Source: Chiloscyllium plagiosum
Taxonomy: Eukaryota
Assembly: GCF_004010195.1 (NCBI RefSeq)
Contig: NC_057718.1
Location: 80,543,500-80,585,489, forward strand
DNA length: 41,990 nucleotides
Direction of reading: 5' to 3'
Part shown: positions 11,641-25,090 of the stretch, piece after piece
Layout of the letters: each line of letters opens with the position of its first letter
Position numbering within the stretch: position 1 is the stretch's first letter
The notes under the pieces: model-generated
What the model was told of the DNA's origin: nothing
Seen by the model: the letters and a program-made list of their open reading frames with translations, nothing else
The model's database searches: none
Made by a program: the position numbers and the translations under genes

Positions 11641-14045
11641 AAAAGCAAAGTACTGCAGATGCTAGAAATCTGAAATAAAAACAGGAGCTGCTACAGAAAC
11701 TCAGCAGGTCCAGCAACATCTTCTTGGAAAGGGAAACACAGTTAATGTCTGACTCTTCTCTAGAACTAAAAGCAGTTTTTTGTTATGCAGCAGGCAGAGA
11801 GGGAGGAGGAACAAGGAGAACAAATAGTAAGGGTGCTTAGTGCCAAAGACTAGAGTTACTGATGGTAGTGAAGGAAAGATAGAGATGTGAATAGGGTGTA
11901 AGTAAAAGTGTGAAAAGGAGAAAATAAATCTGCTCTGATAAGAATAAAGTTAACAAAACACAAACAAAACCCAGCAGTGTGTGTAGGGGAGAAGGGGTGG
12001 GGGTAATATTGGAGCATGTAAGAAAAATTAAATGAAGGACACAGAGGTCATGCTCTGAGGTTGTGGATTTTGATATTGAATCTTAGAGGCTAAAAGGTGC
12101 CACAGCAGAAAATGAGATGTTGTTCCTCTGTGATATGCTTCATTGGAACACTATAGCAGGGACAGAATTGAAATAGTTTGCCGGAGCATGGTGATTTATT
12201 AAAATGGCAAGCAAGTGGAACGTTAAGGTCATTTTCATGGATAGATTAGAGGTGTTCTCCTGATAGGGTGGAAAATGAGGACAAACAGAACTTATTATTG
12301 TTCTGGGAGGGAGGGGAAAGTGTAAGCGCAGAATTGTGGGACGTAAGTCTAACACAGCTGAGGGCTCTGTCAAACAGAGTGGGTATGGGGGGAGTCTATC
12401 GTTGAGGAAAAAGAATGCTATATCTGGGAAAATGGAATTAAATTCATTCAGGAAGCAGAGTTAGAGGAAGCGTATTCAAGGTAACTATGGAAGGCAGTGA
12501 GTTTGTAATGGATGTTGATTTGACAACCTATCCTTGGAAATGGGAACAGAGAAGTCAAGGAAGGGAAGAGAAGAGTCAAATCAACTAGATGAAGCTGAGA
12601 AAAGGATGGAAATTGAAGGCATAAATGAAGAACTTTTCCAATTCTGACCGAGAGCAGGAAGTAGCATGAATGACATAATTGATGTATCAGAGAGTTTGGT
12701 TGGGTGCCTGAATAGGACTGGAACAATGAATATTCCACATACCCTTAAAGACAAGCATAACTAGCACCCAATACAGGTACCCATAGTCACACTTTTGGTT
12801 TGATGAAAGTAAGATGTATTCAGAGAAAAGTTGTTCAAACTGAGAACAGGTTCAGCCAGATGAAGGAGGGTATTAGTGGAGGGGAATTGTTCATGTCTAT
12901 TCAAGGAAGAAATTGAGAACCTTCAGACCATCCTGATGGAAGTTGAGTGTGTAGAAGAGTTGCACATCCATGGTGAAGAGTAGGTGATTAGGGCTAGAAA
13001 ACTGGGAATTATGGAACTTACATAAAGGATCAGAAGAATCATCAATATAAATGGGAAGAAACTGAATAAGGGAGAAATAAAGAGTTTAGGTAGGAAAATA
13101 GACAATGGAGTGGGCAGGAATAGGTTAAAACAATGGGTCTGCCAGGGCAGTCCAGTTTGTAGATTTTGAGAAGGAAGTAGAAGTGTGGTAATGGGGATCT
13201 GAGGTTGAGAAGCTGTAGAGGAGAGATCTCCAGAGTAGATGAGGGCAGTAACAGTCTTAGAAATAACAGCTTGGTGTCCAGTGGTGATGTCATGATCCAG
13301 AAAGACATAGGAGAAAGTGCCTGAGAGTTGGCACTCAGCTTTTAGAAGGTAGAGGTTAGCACACTGGATGTTAGCAGAATCCCTCCAATCAGCAGGTTTC
13401 ATAACAAAATCAGGGTTAGACCTGAGAGAAGGGAGTGTAACAAACTCAGAAGGAGACAGATTAGAGTGGGCGAGAGGAGCAGAGAAATATCACACTGGCA
13501 GTTCTTGATGAAGAGATCGAGTGCAGGTAAAAAGCCAAAAGGAGGAGGTTCCTGGCAGAGGGGAGTACTGGAGAGAGATGAAAGAGCCTGTGTGCTGTGG
13601 AAATGAATTCTGACCAAAAAGTGCATATGGGGGCAAACATGATAGAAGAAAGGTTCATCCACATGTGCCAAAAATCATTGAGGCAGGGAGCATAAAGAAA
13701 TAAAACTATCATTGGATGTGCACAGATTATTCAGCATCATAGAGAAGAAGATCAGAAAGTTTAGTGAGGGAATGGAGTTGTAGAGAAGAAGAGGGAAGGA
13801 GGAATCCAGAGCAGCATCACCACCAGTGAATTTTTGCAGCTTGCATTCTTTAACACCTGAGAGGAAGAGGAAAAGATTTTTTCTGTTAGTGCATCAAATA
13901 AGGTGAAAAATAAAATGCAAATGGGGACCATGACAGGCTTTGAAATAGTGTGAAGCAGTGCTGAAGGCAAGGTTGGCCAAGAGTGTGCATACAGCAATAC
14001 ATGGCATTGAGTGTGGATCTCAGGATGCAGCGGGATACTTATTCA
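11641..14045 (-). mobile_element. Long degenerate Penelope-like element (RT and GIY-YIG)
   Basis: KPAD...LYLLKAECQLS...LDHD, FYFLLKIYKLDCPGRPIV, IHYKLTAFHSYLEY, LACHFN, EQHLIF...GTF*PLRFNI; terminus 11641-11767 resembles the arms at 21740-21940. Confidence 0.85.
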
Positions 14046-14906
14046 GACTATTGTCTTAAAGCTGAAAAAGCACTTTTCAAATAGATTCTTATAAATTTTG
14101 CTGGCAGATACGCTTTGATTGCTTGTTTCAGTTATGAGTTCATCACAACTTTAATAAGTGATTTCAACTTTTGAAAAAAAAACGGTTTTTCTCTAGTTAA
14201 AAAAAAAAATTTCAAATGTAGCTGTCCAGAAAATAGTTTTGCAATCTGAAACCATGGCATGTTCCTTGAAAAGAAAAAGTTGTCATCTCAATGTGTTTTA
14301 ACACCTTTATGACATTTCTAGTAATCAAATTTTAGAAATGTACTGAAGACCTGCAAACTTCATATAGTTTTTCTCACTGTAAATTGGAGATAAATCTATT
14401 TCAAATGGACATTGTAATCCACAGAGTATAATTCTGTGATTGAAATAAAGCCTTGTTTAATCTGACCTATACATCTAATGTTACAAGGTCTAATTGGTGT
14501 AAATATCCTGAAGTCAATTATATGGTAATTGCTGATAAAGACTGCCCTTGAGAGGTTAGATGGAGGCTAACAGGAAAGGTTTTTTTTTGTTTTACAGTTT
14601 TTACAACATACTTAAAAATCATCCATTGGTGAATAATTCAAAATATATTATCAAAATATGACAAAACTCTCAGTATTTGTGCATGTGAATTTCCTGTAGC
14701 ACTGCTCAAGATAAATTAGAAGAAACAGTATGGATGCCTTTCCAGCTATGCATATTGAGTAAGCATGAGAGAGTTACTGTGATGCCTCTGGAGCAAGAAG
14801 GAATATGGTGTACATGTCATTTCTTTTTTTAAAAAGGTATTAAGATACCTCAAGGACAAAGACAAATAACAGGTAAGGCAGAGTCTGATTACAATATTAT
14901 GTTATA

Positions 14907-15108
14907 CAAGTTGTTCTGCTATAACACGTGTTTCACCAGTGTGAATTGGCTATAACGCGATAGACCAATAGTGGATATTGTTTGGATAACGCAAACGTTC
15001 TACTGAACGGGTACAGCAATTTTTCTATTAGCGATCTTCTACAGTGTCATTTTCCATACTGCGAGGTTGCAGAGGAACACAACCATCGTGTTATAGCAGA
15101 ATGACCTG
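14907..15108. mobile_element. Tc1/mariner (Tigger/pogo-like) MITE
   Basis: TIRs CAAGTTGTTCTGCTATAACACG / CGTGTTATAGCAGAATGACCTG, flanked by TA on both sides. Confidence 0.85.
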
Positions 15109-15544
15109 TATCCCAAAGTACATGGGCAAAGTAATCTGGCATTTAGGTAAAAGTTCTCTCCAGTTTTTCCTTTTTTTATATTGTCTAAAATGGACTGCAT
15201 CATGCAAAGTTCCTATCAGTCCATTCATTAAAAAAGCCATATGAACTAAATTTAATTGCTACAGGATTTTGCAACGACCTGACATAATTCCTATAGTTTG
15301 TCACATACGAGCCATGTGTGTATTGGCTTTTTAAATGTACAGAAGTGTTTAGTCCCATGCCCTGCTTTTTATCTGTAACTTTGTAAATTCTTTAGCTTCA
15401 TCGCCAGCCCACTACACTTTGAATATTAGCATCAACTTTCACCACCTCACATGTGGAATCAACAACAACCATCTAATGCTTGGGGTAGAGAGCTGCTACC
15501 ATTCCTCCTTTTTTATTTTTTATAGATATTTTAAGTCAACTTGT

Positions 15545-15690
15545 TCAGACATGTTATGACACTTCTGGACCAAGTGGGTCTTGAAATGGCCCTTTTGGTA
15601 CAGAGGTAGGGAAATATCAATGCAAGTAGGACTTAAACCATGAACGTTGTATCTCAAAAGTGAGAGTGCTGCCAACTAAATCACAGCTTT
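15545..15690 (-). mobile_element. Decayed tRNA-derived SINE head(s)
   Basis: Minus strand has A-box-like tgatttagttgg and B-box-like ggtttaagtcc; similar to the head at ~36005. Confidence 0.4.
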
Positions 15691-16199
15691 CTATTCTTTA
15701 TAAACTAGGTTTAAGGACATATTTGGTCAACAGTGGTGGAGGATAAACTTCTAGTGAACCTTAACAAGAAGAGGCCCTTGCCTTAATGATGTAATTTATT
15801 TTATGTTTGTAATTGGTATAATTACATAGTCTTAGCTATGTCTGACTAGAGAATCAGGCGACAATGATGACACATCGATCTCCATCAGGATTTCAAGTAA
15901 GGAATCTCTTTACCCCACCAAGACTTTAATAAAATTAAATCAGATGGAACTTTATACAATTTCCAACATCAATCTGTTCAGATTCATTAACTTATATAGA
16001 TCACAACATTGTTACTTTAATTTTAATCTGTAACTTGATATTGTGTTTTTAAATTGCAATTTTAAAGCTATTTGTAAAATATGAATTTCAAGTCATATGT
16101 AATTCTATTACATTGCGATTAAAGCATTAATGTCAAGCAAAAAGATCTATATTTTTACTGATGAATTTTCTACTGCTGAGACAGTATTAAAAAATTTAA

Positions 16200-18295
16200 T
16201 CACCATGAAAACCTTAATTTTGACATCTCCTAGCTGTCTGCTTCAGAAGGAACAATTCTATTTCCCCAATTTTTCCTCAACAAATTTTCTCATCCCTGGT
16301 ACCATTCTGGTAAATCTCTAAGACTTTAACATTTTTCCTGAAGGGTGATGTCCAGAATTACCAACTGTATTAGGGCTTAGGTTTAATCAGTGATTTGTAG
16401 AACCAGGTTTGCGTGAAAGGCCTTTCAAAGGTGAGAGGACTTCATTCCAAGAGTTCTCTTCCCAATCACAGTTTCAGCATATTTTGTTGTTGGTAGATAA
16501 GAGTGCAGATCATGAGCGCATGCAGCATAAGACCATAAAACATTGGAGCAGAAGTAGGCCATTCAGCCTTTGAGTCTGCTCCAACATTGAATGCGATCAT
16601 AGGTGATCTGATAATCCTCAACTCTACTTTTTTTGCCTTTTCTGCATAATTCTTGATTCTCTTACTGATTAAAAATCTGTCATCTCAACCTTGAATATAA
16701 TGATCCAGACTCAACAACCCACTGCAGTGAAGTATTCAGCAGATTTAATACCCTCTGAGATTACATCCTCTGGTCCTGGACTCTCTCAGAAGAGAAAACA
16801 ACCTTTCCATATCTACCCTGTCAAATCACCTAAAACTCCAGTGTGCTTCAATAAAGACATCTCCATTCTCTATATTCCAACAACTAATATTTAATCTACT
16901 CAATCTCTCCTCATAACACAGACAGTCTGATGAGCCTTGTAAACCTTCTTTGGATTGTGTCCAGTGCCAGTACATTTATCCTTAGGTAAGGAGTTTATAG
17001 CTGTTTACAGTATTCCTGCTGTGGTCTGACTAGTGCCTTTGAATAGTTTTAGCCAATCCTCCCTAAGTTAATATCCATTCCATTTGGAATAAAGACCAAC
17101 ATTCCATTTGCCTTCCCTATTACCCACTTAACGTGGAAGCTTAATTTTTGTAATTCACACTTAAGGACTCCCAAACCCTTCTGCTTCATAGCTTTTTGTA
17201 GTCTTTCTCCAATTAAGTAATATTCAGCTCCTCTTATTCTTCCTGTTAATGTGCATAGTCTGGCATTTCCTCACGTTATTTTTCAACTGCCAAGTGTTTG
17301 TCCATTTACTTCACAGTCACTGCATGATCCTCACCATTTACCTTCCCACTGATATTTTTGTCATCTGCAAGGTTGACTACTGTACATTCATTTTCCTCAT
17401 CCAAGTTCTGAATATATGTTGTAAGTAATTCTGCCCCCAACACTGGTCCCGATAGCACACTACTCGTTACAGGTTGCCATCCTGAAAATGCCTCATTACC
17501 ACAGATCTCCATCTTCCATTAGTTCTCCAATCCTCTACCCATTTCTCATATGCTACCTCTATCACCATGGGCTTTTATCTTATTAGGCAGTCCATCAAGT
17601 CATACATTCTTCAACGCAATTTCAAATCTATTACACCCATTGCTTTGTCTATGCTGCTTGATACTTCCTCAAATAATTCTAGTAAATTTATCAAGCATGA
17701 TTTCCCCTTCATGCAGTCATGCTGACTCTACATGATCATATTATGATTTCTAAATACTCTGCTATTACAAATTTTATGATACACTCCGTTATTTTCCAAT
17801 AACAGACATCAAGCTAACTTGGTGATAATTGCCTATTTTTGACTTCTTTCCTTTTCAAAATAAAGTTCTTATATTTGCAAGCTTCCAATCCTTTGAGACT
17901 CTTCCTGAATCTCAGAGTGTTACAAACAGTGCATCCCCTATCTTTGTGGCTACTTCCTTTAATACCCTAGGATGCATTAAATCAGCTATATGCAACTTAT
18001 CATTTTTTGGGGTTAAGAAACTTATCAGCCATGATTGAATGGCAGGGCAGACTCGATGGGCTAAATGGCCTAATTTCTGCCCCAATGTCTCGTGGTCGTA
18101 TGGTCTTTAGCTGTGAAGAATGAAACAAAGTATTTATTCAACACCTTTGTCATTTCCTTTGTTCTTTCCTAGTCTCACTCTCTGTGTTCACTTTACCTTC
18201 TCTCTTCCTTTTTAAAATATGTTTTAATAAGTTCTTGCTTTCTGTCTTGATATGTCTTGCAAGTTTATGCTCAAAGTTTATTTTCTCTCTCTCAC
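16200..18295 (-). mobile_element. Degenerate CR1 LINE (RT); a short plus-strand CR1 3' tail lies at ~18020-18105
   Basis: WQPVTSSVLSGPVLGAELLTTYI, NLADDKNISG, FEHKLARHIKTESK; cataagaccataa tail at ~16527. Confidence 0.85.
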
Positions 18296-19247
18296 TCCTG
18301 ATCTGGCCAATTGTACTGCAGATATAGGCATTACAAAGCTCCCCTAATTTCCATGGAATTGGACTCATTCTGGTAGGAGAAATGGCAAGGCTTCAAAGAG
18401 AAATCATAAATCAAGGGAGCTATTGTCCTGAGTCAGCCATTCATAATTTCTTATGAAATGCATTAGTTCTCTTACCTTCTTTATAATATTGATACTAAGA
18501 ATGGCTGTGCTTGATTGACAGTGACAATTTGCGTCCTTCAATTTTGCATAAATAAACAGAAGCATTCAAAAAAACTCTTCAAAGAATGAATAACCTATTG
18601 CAAAGTAATAAAACTCAATCAAACAAAGATTGCATTTATTCTTGCCACTCAGACATTGCCTACTGAGAGGTGATTTTAATGAAACTCTTGGAACAAATCC
18701 AAATATTCATGAAATCACCTGGAAAACTAGATTCTTATAGTGTCAATGTCAATTTGCCTTTAAGAGACATGCTCATGATATCATGAATGCATCATTGCAT
18801 GTGACCTGAGGGTATAAAGATCTCATTCCACCTTATCTAGGATCACTAGAAGCACAATACTATGGGAAACATGCTCCTCCGTTATAGCATAGTAGCTTAA
18901 CATTAGCCCACAGACTTATGTGTTTCAAGAATGTAATATTTGTACAGAATGTGTTGTAATAAATGTCAGTATGTCTGTATTGTTCAATTCCACAATATCC
19001 CACTCAATTTTGCATGTTATGTGAGTTAATATAAGCATTGCCACATCAGATTAAAAACCTTTGCTGGAGGCAAACTCACACCAGGGTAGCAGTGGTGGTT
19101 GTCTATAAATGACTCCAAAATCTTGGTAACGAATCTGGAAGATTAATTGACAACCAACCAGACAACAGCTTTGGAGAGCAGGGAATTCTTGATTAGGACC
19201 AATTTCTGTGAGAATAGACAGCTGTACAGATCAATAGATAAGGTTTT

Positions 19248-19722
19248 ATACACGAAGAAAAGATAATTTATTTTTGAGTATAATTCTAGTTCTTTTCAAG
19301 ACGAGAAATTTCCAAGATTGTCTTAATGAAAATAAATTTTTAGAAGGCCGAAGTAAAGATTTAAACTGCAACACAAAGACCCTGCAGGGCAAATACAGAA
19401 GCTGGTTGTTAAAATGCTTTGTCTATGCTGCTTGATACTTCCTCAAATAATTCTAGTAAAGTTATCAGGCATGATTTCCCCTTCATGTAGTCATGCTGAC
19501 TCTACATGATCATATTATGATTTCGAAATGCTCTGCTATTACAAATTTTATGATACACGACAAAAGAGAATTTATTTTTGAGTAGAATTCTAGTTCTTTT
19601 CAAGACAAGGGAAATTTCCAAGATTGTCTTAAAGAAAATAAATTTTAAAAAGGCCAAAGTAAAGATTTAAACTGCAACACAAAGACCCTGCAGGGCAAAC
19701 ACAGAAGCTGGTTGTTAAAATG
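19248..19722 (+). repeat. ~170-bp direct duplication flanking a 144-bp templated copy of 17641-17784
   Basis: 19248-19416 ~ 19553-19722; 19415-19558 ~ 17641-17784. Confidence 0.95.
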
Positions 19723-19807
19723 TTCTGTTCCTGACAATGCATACACAAATAGCAGTTTTTCAGATTAGTAGCTGCAAAATTAGTGTTCTTAAAAATAGAG
19801 CAGCACA

Positions 19808-20008
19808 ATAAGTCCTCTGTGTCCACGAGTTCATGACTCGCGAGTTTGCCGATCTGCGCTAAAAGGTAAAAACAAAATTCACCATCTGTGGGCAAATTCA
19901 TGTATCTGCAATTTTTAAACTTATTTTAATGATCTCTGCATTCACGAATTTCATCATTCATGGGGGTTCTCAGAAACTGAACCCTCATGCATAATGGAGG
20001 AGTGACTG
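19808..20008. mobile_element. Tigger/MER2-like MITE remnant
   Basis: Right end ...ggaggagtgactg-TA and internal gggggttctcagaaactgaaccctc typical of Tigger-like ends; left end decayed. Confidence 0.5.
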
Positions 20009-20099
20009 TATTTAATCTACAGTGACGTAAGTTCAGGGACAGAAGACTTAAGGTGATACAGTCAAATGTTTTTAAGGTGAAATCATGGGCAACAGAAGC

Positions 20100-21085
20100 C
20101 TCACTATGAATTGGGCATCTAGTGACTTTACTGAATTACAACTATTCAAACAGCATATATGCAGTTCTATTTGATGGACAAATTGATGGACGATCCTGAG
20201 AAAAGAGTTCCAAACTCTTGCTTACTATTAGCATGAATGGAACATAAGTAACACATTCAGTCTTTCCATAGATGATCAGAAATATTCAGAAAAAGTCTGA
20301 AAGTTTCTCAAAGACTGGCTCAAGGTAAGAATTAACTTCAGTGTTAAATGAATCCAACTCAGGTTTTACAGACAAGAGCCCCAAGAGTCTATTAACCAGT
20401 TTGTTCGAAGATGCTACAGCAAAGGGCTTGAGAATGACTTTTCTGAAGAGAAACCGTCAGAGGGGTTTATTGAATTAGTATTGCCTCCGCACCAACTAAA
20501 AACTTAGCGAAGGATCCATTGGTCAAGACAAATGGCTATATAATTGACGCAAATTGAGGACAAATGCAAGTATGAAGCAACAGCAGCAGTCCAAGAATAA
20601 TTATATCCTTTAGATACAGCATGTGTTGTTGGAATAATCAGCAAAGCATACAGTGTCGCTTATGATTTGTCATACTTTCAAAAGTTATCCAGTTTCTCTT
20701 GGTATCTGTAAAGCATCTGGCACCATAAGATATTGGACATGGTTCCAAAGGCCAAGTTAGACTCCAGAACTAAACGCAGAGGATGAACAAGATGGAACAT
20801 CACCACAACACTGGCAGCAAGGATAGTGTTAAGGTGTACAAACACAAATAAATTAATGTGGCTTAGTCCACCAAGCGAAAACTAAATTTCAGAGGATGAC
20901 CAAGATTTCCATTGTACAGATCATCTTGGTGGTCTACGTGAACAGAAGCTTTTATGCCATTATGATCTTAACGACATACCCTAAAAGCTTAAATTAAAAT
21001 GGGACATAGTGTAAATATATAACTATTACATGTTCTGAAGGACATGTACCTCAGCAAATATCACTCCATGTTACAGACAACAAGA
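20100..21085 (+). mobile_element. Possible heavily decayed hAT-like transposase
   Basis: ISMNGT*V resembles the SMDGPNV motif of a hAT-related family; many stops; weak evidence. Confidence 0.3.
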
Positions 21086-21169
21086 GCATCCTGTTGTGTC
21101 TCATGGTCACTATGTCAGTATGCCTTTAAGAGAAGTGGTCATAATATTATCAGTATCATGGATTTTAAG

Positions 21170-22322
21170 CCACCCAGTCAGGACTCACTGTACACTCACA
21201 ACTGTGTAGCCAAATTCCATTCCAACACCACGTACAAGTTTGCTGATGACATCACTATGGTAGGATGAATGTCAACAACAATGAGTCAGAATACAGGAAG
21301 AAGATGGAGTGCTTGGTGTTGTAGTGCAATGATAACAATCTCTGAGTTAATGTCAGCAAAGCAAAAGAAGTAATCATTGACTTCAGGAAGAAAAGAGGAG
21401 GGCATGCCCTTAACTACATCAGTGGAGCCAAGGTGGAGACGCTTGATAGTGTCAAGTTCCTAGGAGTGACAATGACCAACAATCTTTCCTGAACCTCCCC
21501 CTTAGATGTGACAGTCAAGCAGGCAGAACTATACCTCCTCTTCCTCAGGCAGCTTAGGAAATTCGGCATATCTATAAGAACCCTCACCAACCTTTACAGA
21601 TGCACTATAAAAAGAATTCTATCCTGACGCATGTTGGTCAGGTATGGCAACTGCTCTGCCCAGCACTGTAAGAAACTACAGAAAGTTGTGTGCATGGCCC
21701 ATACCATCATGGAAGGCAACCTCCCATCCATGGAAACCAAAAGAGCTGCAGATGTTATAAATCAGAACAAAAACAGAAGTTGCTGGAAAAGCTCAGCAGG
21801 GCTGGCAGCATCTGTGAAGAGAAATCCAAGTTAACACTTTGGGTTCTGAGGAAGGGTCACCAGACCGAAAACATAAACTTTGATTTCTCTTCACAGATGT
21901 TGACAGACCTGCTGAGCTTTTCCAGCAACTTCTATTTTTATCTCCTATCCGTGAATTCTATTTATACTTCCCATTGCTGCAGAAAGGCTACTAACATCAT
22001 CAAGACCCCTCCCATCCTGATAATGCTCTCTTCCAACCTCTTCTGTCTGGCAGATATAGAAGCTTGAACACGTGTACCAAGAGGTTCAAGAACAGCTTCT
22101 TCTCTGCTGTTATTAGACTGCAGAATGGAAGTCTCTCACATCGTTGGTTTTGCTTTGTATACCTCCTGTGCAGCCATAATCTCGTATGACTCATTCCGTC
22201 TCAGCACCCTATGATCTGTATGTCCTTGTTTGCTCTGATCTGCCTGTTCTACTTGCAAAACAAAGCTTTTCACTGTACTTAAGTACATGTGACTACAATA
22301 AATAAATGAAATGAAATCAAAA
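21170..22322 (+). mobile_element. Rex1/Babar-type LINE (RT to 3' tail)
   Basis: SLYTHNCVAK, YKFADDITMVG, VIIDFRK, VKFLGV, FLRQLRKFG, RFKNSFFSAVIRL; AATAAA and (AAATG)n tail at ~22297-22320. Confidence 0.9.
21735..21941 (+). mobile_element. Fold-back PLE-derived mini-element with degenerate hammerhead, inserted in Rex1
   Basis: Arms ~21770-21835 and ~21876-21938 are inverted; gtt-CTGAGGA-A-GGGTC acca GACC-GAAA...aac at 21843-21878; flanking repeats 21721-21734 / 21942-21955 (11/14). Confidence 0.75.
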
Positions 22323-22324
22323 AT

Positions 22325-22740
22325 CGTATGGATGTCTATGCTTGAACAGTGGAATCCAGAGTTGTGAGGCCTGTGAAAAAGTTGGAGAGTCACTTCGACA
22401 AAAGAAAGTGGAAGAACCCCTTGAAACTATGCACCTTGGCTAATAGCTCGGAGACAGAAGGGAAATCAGAACTTTAGTGTGGGGTCCAGAAAACACAGAA
22501 ATGAACCTTCATTTGTATGATAAGGAAATTCTGGGAGGAGAAGTAAGTAGAAAAAGTTAAAAGCCTACATATTATAAACTATAGCATTAGATTAGTAGTG
22601 ATTACTTATTTTTGATATGCAATATAATTTGTTTTTGTTTAAATAATCATGAAATCTTGTGGCATAGCTCTGTATTGTTAATCAATGAGTTTTCCAATTT
22701 CATTTTTAACTAAACTGTCCCTGACTACCTTGTTATAACA
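22325..22740 (+). mobile_element. Probable LTR fragment
   Basis: Ends TGTTATAACA; composition similar to the LTR at 10328; 5' part may lie at 21092-21170; no TSD found. Confidence 0.35.
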
Positions 22741-23139
22741 TCATTTTACAAAGCTTAATTTGGGTTCCCTGTAAGTCAGATATCTAACCTGCATTGTTGC
22801 AAAATAAAGCTCTTTCAACTTTACCCTCAACTATACATGTTTCATTTCCAGCTTTAGAAATCCTGAATTTGAATGACAATTCCATTTTCCTTACCAAACA
22901 TCCTGTGGAATTTGAGAGTTTCACAGTCTTAATACAAATTAAGAGGGGTACATTAAAGTACATTTTTATGGACCTATTATCTTTGGACACTTCATGAAAA
23001 TAAGGGACACCAATATTATTAGGACTGCCTAAAATATAAGGTTAGTCTCTTCGGTACTGTTGTAAGTAGATCAGAATAAAGAAGGAAAGTAGGGTTTTCC
23101 ATTGACTCTGTAACTCTTTCCACCAGTACATGACAATCA

Positions 23140-23308
23140 CTTCCTCAAAGATGATCCTTGAAACCTATTTCTTTATCCAGGCTTTTGAAATGTGCCTTGG
23201 TGTATTTCTAATTTCTGTGTTGGCTTTTGTTTTATAATACTCCTGTGAAGCATCTTTCAAACTTTCCTACATTTTAGGTGTTTATATAAATGCCAGTTAT
23301 TGTTGTTA
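23140..23308 (+). mobile_element. L2-type/SINE 3' tail
   Basis: ccttgaaacctatttctttatccaggcttttg ... tgtgaagcatc ... tatataaatgccagttattgttgtt. Confidence 0.5.
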
Positions 23309-23544
23309 CATATTATTGGTAATTACAACATTTTTTCATAACTTACTAGATTCCTGTCTATTGCTGAATAGCTGCTTCATATTTATTTCTCATCATTCCC
23401 TCCTCCAATGTGTTCAAAATTGCTGTCTGCAGAAGTTGCTTCTCTGAAATTTTCTTTCAATGATTGCTTTTTCTCTAGTTCAGTTTTCCAAAATAATTCT
23501 TCCCTTTTGTAATTGGTCTGAATCAAATACCTGATTTATCCAAG

Positions 23545-25090
23545 GGAGGAACATACCGAAAGGGAGCAATTTAGAACAATTATCAGGGGAAAAGGCACTG
23601 AACAGACCTTGGGATTGAAGGCAGACAAGTCCTTAGGGCCTGATGCCCTTTATCATAGGGTTTAAAAGGAAGTAGCAGCAGAGAAAATGGATCCATAGAT
23701 TACAATATTCCAAAATTCCCTGGCTGAGAGAAAGGTTCCAGTGGATTGAAAAATACTAATGAAGCACCTTTATCCAAAAAGGGAGGGAGACAAAGTGGGA
23801 AACTACAGACCAGTCAGTTTAACAGTGTCATTGGGAAATTGTGAGAATCCATTATTAAGGAAGTAATAATACGATATTTTGAAAGTCCAAATACAATCTT
23901 GTGTTTGACTAATTTGCTAGAGGTCTTTGAAAATGTAATAAACAATAATTGGGATCCTATAGATATAGTACATCTGGACTTCCAGAAGGTTTTTGATAAG
24001 GTGCCACAGTAAAGGTAAATTAATATGCGGTAAAGGCAATTTACTCTTTTGGTGAGCCAATCCTGTACACAAATTAAAACAGAGTTGGAATAAGTGGCTC
24101 TTCTGGTTGGCAAGATGCAACCAATGGTTATACAGGATTTGGTCCCCGGGGCCCCAACTGTTTAAAACCGTCTTGGATGTGGGGGTAGAAAAGACTATAG
24201 CCAAAATTGCATGTGTATTAAAATAGGTGGGAAAGTAACTTGCACTGAAGAATAAGAAATTTGCAATGGAAGTGGAAAGGTTAAATAAATAGCCCATAGT
24301 TTGGCAATTGAGGTTTAATGTGCACAAGTGTGAGATGATCCATTTTGATCAGAGGAATAATAGGGCAATTTATGATCTAAATGGAGAGAAACTTCAGGTG
24401 CTTCAGTGTAGAGGGACCTGGCTGTCATTGTGCATGAATCAGAGAACACTAGTATGCAGGTACAGCAGGTAATAAGGATGGCAAATCAAATTTTGTCATT
24501 TATTGCTGAAGGAATTGTGTATGACTATAGGGAAGCCTTTCTGTGACTATACAAGGAATTAGTGAGACCACACGTAGAATATTGCATACAATGTTAGTCC
24601 CATGTCTTGAGGAGGGATATATTTGTATTGGAGGCAGTTCAGAGAAGGTTCACTGGATTTATTCCAGAGAAAAGGTGTTTCTCTTATGAAGAGAGAGATT
24701 GAGCAGTTTAGATCTTCTATAAACGTGCTAGAGATTGAAAAAACTAGATGTAGAAGGGTTGTTTCCTCATGTGGAACAAATAGTATGAGAGGTCATAGTT
24801 TTAGAATATGGTGTAGCAGATTTAAATCTGAGATGAGGAGAAATTACTTCTCTCAAAGGGTCATGAGGCTGTGGAATTCACCACTTCAGAGTACAGTGAA
24901 GTGTACACTGTCTATCTCTTCCATAAATTTACTCAGATTTTTAATTAGAAGTGGGTTGAAGGGTAATGGAAAGTGGTTGGGAAATTGGAGTTGAGGCCGA
25001 GATAAGATCAGCCATGATTGTATCAAATGCCGGAGTTGGCTGGAGGGACTGAATTACCCATTCCTGCTTCTAGTTCTTGTGTTCTTACAT
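23545..25090 (+). mobile_element. Degenerate CR1 LINE (RT and 3' end)
   Basis: GLKADKSLGPD, GNYRPVSLT, LDFQKVFDKVP, LVRPHVEYC, RGHSFRI, NYFSQRVMRLWNS. Confidence 0.9.

Noticed and set aside
11735..11770. Additional hammerhead at the end of the long PLE
   Set aside because: Core is scrambled and the GAAA segment is deleted; homologous position only
20272..20324. Exon-like segment with AG/GTAAGA donor
   Set aside because: Lies in probable decayed transposase sequence; no recognisable host protein
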